A stretch of 38,083 nt of DNA from a virus. Taxonomy: Duplodnaviria > Caudoviricetes. The notes below the pieces were generated by a model. The model searched no databases. It worked only from the letters and a program-made list of their open reading frames with translations, and was not told where the DNA came from. Positions 35,049-38,083 of this stretch are shown one piece after another (positions within the stretch are counted from its first letter, which is position 1; the number at the start of each line of letters is the position of its first letter). Location of the stretch: positions 1-38,083 of IMG/VR virus record IMGVR_UViG_3300020044_003239. The stretch is one strand, 5' to 3'. The position numbers were made by a program, and so were the translations under genes.

Positions 35049-35172
35049 GGATTACCTCATCGACTTTTGTTCGGTCAATGTCGTTTATTGTCTTAGGTCG
35101 CCCACGCTTCGGCGAATTTCTTGCAGTGTAACTTTGCAACAATGCTACCATCTTTTTAAAATCATTGGGCAT
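34972..35172 (-). CDS. Small basic protein with an AT-hook-like KRGRPK motif
   Basis: ATG 1 nt after the portal stop; overlaps the protease start by 77 nt. Confidence 0.4.
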   Translation of the reverse strand: MPNDFKKMVALLQSYTARNSPKRGRPKTINDIDRTKVDEVIHDTKLNDGMRSSTQGRGARHYKRKN

Positions 35173-35173
35173 T

Positions 35174-36568
35174 TTATTTGCCAATGTTCATTTTCTTTGT
35201 CTGATTTCCCCCGCCGCCGCCAGTGCTTTGTGGGCTTGAACCCGGTATTGGTTCGGGTTTGCTGTTATCCGTCAACTCATCAGCACCCTCTTTGTTGGGC
35301 ATTCCAAGGTATTCGCGTGCTTCATTAGGGGTCATAATTCCCGCGCCAACACCCGCCACAGCAAAATTCATTTGGCTTAATGGGTCGCCTTTGAGGAAAT
35401 TTCGAGTGTCAAATTCAATAGACAAATTTGGGTAGCCAACAAACAGATGTTGTTTGATTTTTTGCCCGATAGCGACTGTCATAGGGTACATAGACGATTT
35501 GTAGAATTCGTCCATCATCGTCTGTGTGTTGTTGTATTTTTGGTCAGCAATGCCAATCATTGCCGGTGGCACACCAAACAACCCGCAAATTCGCTTCATG
35601 GTTTGTTCTTTGAGTTTAGCCGCATCGGTGTCTTGCAACGTCAACATATCCAATGGTGTGTATTTCATGCCTTGGTCCAAAAGCATACCCTGACCGGCTT
35701 TGCTTGGGTCTGACTGCTTGCTACCGACCATCGCAGACCATGCTTCCTTGAGCCTAGCGGCAATTTCTTTGTACTTGGCATCCGGGATTACATTCTCAGT
35801 CGTAAACATCCCGGAGGGCTTTGCGCCGTTTTGCATGATGTAGTTGGCGTACAAGTCAATGTCTTGGTCTAATGAAACCAATTCAGCCGCCAAAATGCCT
35901 TTGTTGAAACCGGCTGAACCTTGCCATGCCATTTCTTTGATGTGCATGATTTGATGAGCCGCTAATGGTTCATCCCGATTAAACCCGTAAGCCGGTGTAG
36001 ACAGGCGATATGAAGGGTAGCGTGTAGGCGTGATTGTGACCGCAATCAAGGTGCTGTCTAGGATGTACATTTCTAAAGGTGTTTCAATACTAGACTTTTG
36101 GTCTTTTCTCCACCACAGGGTAAAAGCTTCGCCTGACAATTCGTACCACATTAGCCATTGATACCAAAACTCATAAGTGCTTTGGAAATTATTTGGCTGT
36201 GCTAATAGGTTTGCTACTTGTTTGGCTTTGGCTTTGTCTCTTGGGCCAACAGTATCGGACTTAATTGCATCTACATAAGCGCCATCGTCTGTTTGGCTTA
36301 CAACACGAATCGGTAATTGGCTTAATGCTCTTGCTTTGGCGGCGACACAGGCCATGATTGTGCTGTTGCGTGTCAACAGCGACATATCTACCGGCCTACC
36401 GGCGCTGTTAGTAGCACCAGTAGTTACATATAAAATTTGCGTGTTTACGTTCGGATTCTGATTGTTTCCTTGGTAAACAATGTTATTTCCTAACGCTGTT
36501 TGACCGAAAAGTGTATTACTTTCAACGGATTTTTTGTCGTTGCGTTTGAAAATATCAAAGATTGCCAT
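35174..36568 (-). CDS. Portal protein, HK97 family
   Basis: ACV..A..LSQLP, LL.QPN.FQS.YEFW, NGAKPSG, LLDQGMKY, ICGLFGVPP.MIG, MTPNEARE.LG. Confidence 0.93.
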   Translation of the reverse strand: MAIFDIFKRNDKKSVESNTLFGQTALGNNIVYQGNNQNPNVNTQILYVTTGATNSAGRPVDMSLLTRNSTIMACVAAKARALSQLPIRVVSQTDDGAYVDAIKSDTVGPRDKAKAKQVANLLAQPNNFQSTYEFWYQWLMWYELSGEAFTLWWRKDQKSSIETPLEMYILDSTLIAVTITPTRYPSYRLSTPAYGFNRDEPLAAHQIMHIKEMAWQGSAGFNKGILAAELVSLDQDIDLYANYIMQNGAKPSGMFTTENVIPDAKYKEIAARLKEAWSAMVGSKQSDPSKAGQGMLLDQGMKYTPLDMLTLQDTDAAKLKEQTMKRICGLFGVPPAMIGIADQKYNNTQTMMDEFYKSSMYPMTVAIGQKIKQHLFVGYPNLSIEFDTRNFLKGDPLSQMNFAVAGVGAGIMTPNEAREYLGMPNKEGADELTDNSKPEPIPGSSPQSTGGGGGNQTKKMNIGK

Positions 36569-36576
36569 AAGTCACC

Positions 36577-36980
36577 TCAAAAGGACCTGAACCCAAAACC
36601 ACTAACCATCGCGTTGTCTAGTGAGCAGTGCATCGCAATAATTAGACTGATAATACCATCAACCTTTGCCGATTTGTCAGCTTCGTTCTTACGAATCTTG
36701 ATGTTTCCGTTCACATCCTCATACAATTCGCAGTTTCCAAGTTGCCAACCTAAAAATGGGTTGCCATCGTGTTTTATCTGATACTGCATTATCAGTTTCT
36801 CCACGTGCTTGGACGGGTTGCTCAACACCGACATACCTTGCCCAACACGCTTCACTGGCATCCCTGAATCGTTCAATCGCGCCACAAGACTTGATGCGTT
36901 GTAAGCATCATAGCCAACCTCTTTAATGTCGTAAATAGCGGCCTGTTGTAATATGTAGTCGCTGATCTCCCTATCGTCCA
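36577..36980 (-). CDS. terL: Terminase large subunit, C-terminal nuclease fragment (5' part cut at inversion junction)
   Basis: IKEVGYDAYNA, VGQGM..LS.P.K..E, HDGNP.L.W, KVDGIIS. Confidence 0.88.
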
Positions 36981-37401
36981 CGGGACAAAGGCGGCTCACA
37001 ACGCTACACCACTACCTGAGAAGGTCCGGCAACGCATCCCGAAAGCCACTTGGCTTGATGACCCGGACAGTTGGGATAGAAACACGTTCATTGCGGAGAC
37101 TGCGGATTTCCTGTGGGATACCTACGGCATCGGCTCAGACCAAGACAAACACATCTTGGCGGCGCTTGCTACACAAATCGACATTTATGTGAAGTGTTGG
37201 AAAGGTGTTCAAAAAGGCGGGGTGATTACACAGTTCAACAACGGGCAGACTGTAGGGCCAAATCCGTTCCTAACAGCCGGTGATAAAGCCTTGGCACGGG
37301 CAATCGTGCTTATGAATGAACTTGGCTTGACCCCAAGAGGCCGCTTGGCGACTAACAAACAGGAAGGCGGCAAGTATTCCCGCTTGTTGAACGGCCCATG
37401 A
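36973..37401 (+). CDS. terS: Terminase small subunit (P27 family), 5' end cut at the junction
   Basis: Open frame IVHGTKAAH...GVI..FNNG....NP...ELGLTPRGR; ATGA-coupled to terL. Confidence 0.82.
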   Translation: MVHGTKAAHNATPLPEKVRQRIPKATWLDDPDSWDRNTFIAETADFLWDTYGIGSDQDKHILAALATQIDIYVKCWKGVQKGGVITQFNNGQTVGPNPFLTAGDKALARAIVLMNELGLTPRGRLATNKQEGGKYSRLLNGP

Positions 37402-38083
37402 CCTTTGAAGACGGAATTTTGTATGCGGTTTCTGTTGTCAAAGGCGAAATTGCGGTATGTAGAAACATCAAGTTGGCCTGTCAGAGATTCCTGAATCAGC
37501 TTGAGGACAAGCAATGGGAGTATGAATTCCACATCAAGTATGTTGAGCATTTCCTTGAATTCGCCTCAACACTGGTACACACGAAAGGCCCGGATGCCGG
37601 TAAGCCTCTGATACTTGAGCCATTTCAAATCCTGATTATTTGCGCCATATACGGGTTTAGAAGCAAAAAGAATCCCGCAAGGCGCATGGTGACGGATGTT
37701 ATCGTTTTCATTCCTCGCAAGGCCGGCAAATCTACCCTAACAGCGGTTGTGGCTTTGTATGAACTTCAGTGGGGTGAGGCGGGCGCTGAAGTCTATACAT
37801 TGGCGACTAACAGAGACCAAGCAAGCTTGGTTTTTAATGCCGCACAGGGTTTTGTAGAGAATATGCCTAGTGATGTAGCGCAACTTTACAACCCAAGCCG
37901 ATACCAAATCACCAAGACGGGAGACAGTCAGACTGTATTCAAAGCTTTGAGCCGCGACACAAAGAAAAGCGGTGATGGTATGAATCCTGGTTGTGTAATC
38001 GTGGATGAGGCCGCGCAGATTGTAGACCGCAACGCTATTGAGGTGCTTCACTCCGGTATGGTGGCCCGTATGAATCCCCTCAG
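37398..38083 (+). CDS. terL: Terminase large subunit, N-terminal ATPase part (runs off the window; absent from the ORF track)
   Basis: MTFEDGILYA..IKLACQRF; GKPL.LEPFQ; Walker A IPRKAGKST; LATNRDQA.LVF; Walker B VIVDE. Confidence 0.92.
   Translation, partial: MTFEDGILYAVSVVKGEIAVCRNIKLACQRFLNQLEDKQWEYEFHIKYVEHFLEFASTLVHTKGPDAGKPLILEPFQILIICAIYGFRSKKNPARRMVTDVIVFIPRKAGKSTLTAVVALYELQWGEAGAEVYTLATNRDQASLVFNAAQGFVENMPSDVAQLYNPSRYQITKTGDSQTVFKALSRDTKKSGDGMNPGCVIVDEAAQIVDRNAIEVLHSGMVARMNPL

Noticed and set aside
37209-38051. Minus-strand ORFs 37209..37550 and 37737..38051
   Set aside because: They are antisense to clearly recognisable terS and terL frames
1-38083. Prophage with att sites or host flanks; stop-codon reassignment
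   Set aside because: No integrase or bacterial genes at the ends; long genes read through in the standard code and TAA, TAG and TGA all act as stops

Overview
This window is a nearly complete ~38 kb HK97/lambda-like tailed phage genome (siphovirus morphogenesis module). The gene set resembles small aquatic proteobacterial phages, but the host cannot be established from the sequence. The minus strand carries portal, protease, two tandem capsid paralogs, neck, tail, tail tip, collagen fibre, beta-propeller fibre, a GT2-TPR glycosyltransferase and lysis genes (36568->11435). A second minus-strand operon runs from a DUF1376 replication initiator (6482) to 238. A divergent plus-strand early operon (6868-11323) carries DUF932, ERF and a YqaJ exonuclease. 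No integrase, repressor, DNA polymerase, methyltransferase, tRNA or CRISPR was recognised. The most interesting element is a translationally coupled five-gene DNA base-hypermodification cassette at 238-3521: ParB-like, P-loop kinase, class II glutamine amidotransferase, aGPT-Pplase2 amino acid:DNA transferase and TET/JBP dioxygenase. It has no cytosine methylase and no hmU-synthesis genes, which points to a fully post-replicative and possibly new thymine-modification route. Other highlights are a collagen-fibre/glycosyltransferase pair (candidate virion glycosylation), a capsid paralog behind a terminator, near-total avoidance of GCWGC/CCAGC/GATC, and two structured RNAs. Both contig ends are inverted (HNH at 1-216; terS and the terL N-terminus at 36973-38083), and several homopolymer indels are visible, so the sequence is probably an amplification or long-read chimera. 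All family assignments come from motif recognition, not database searches.
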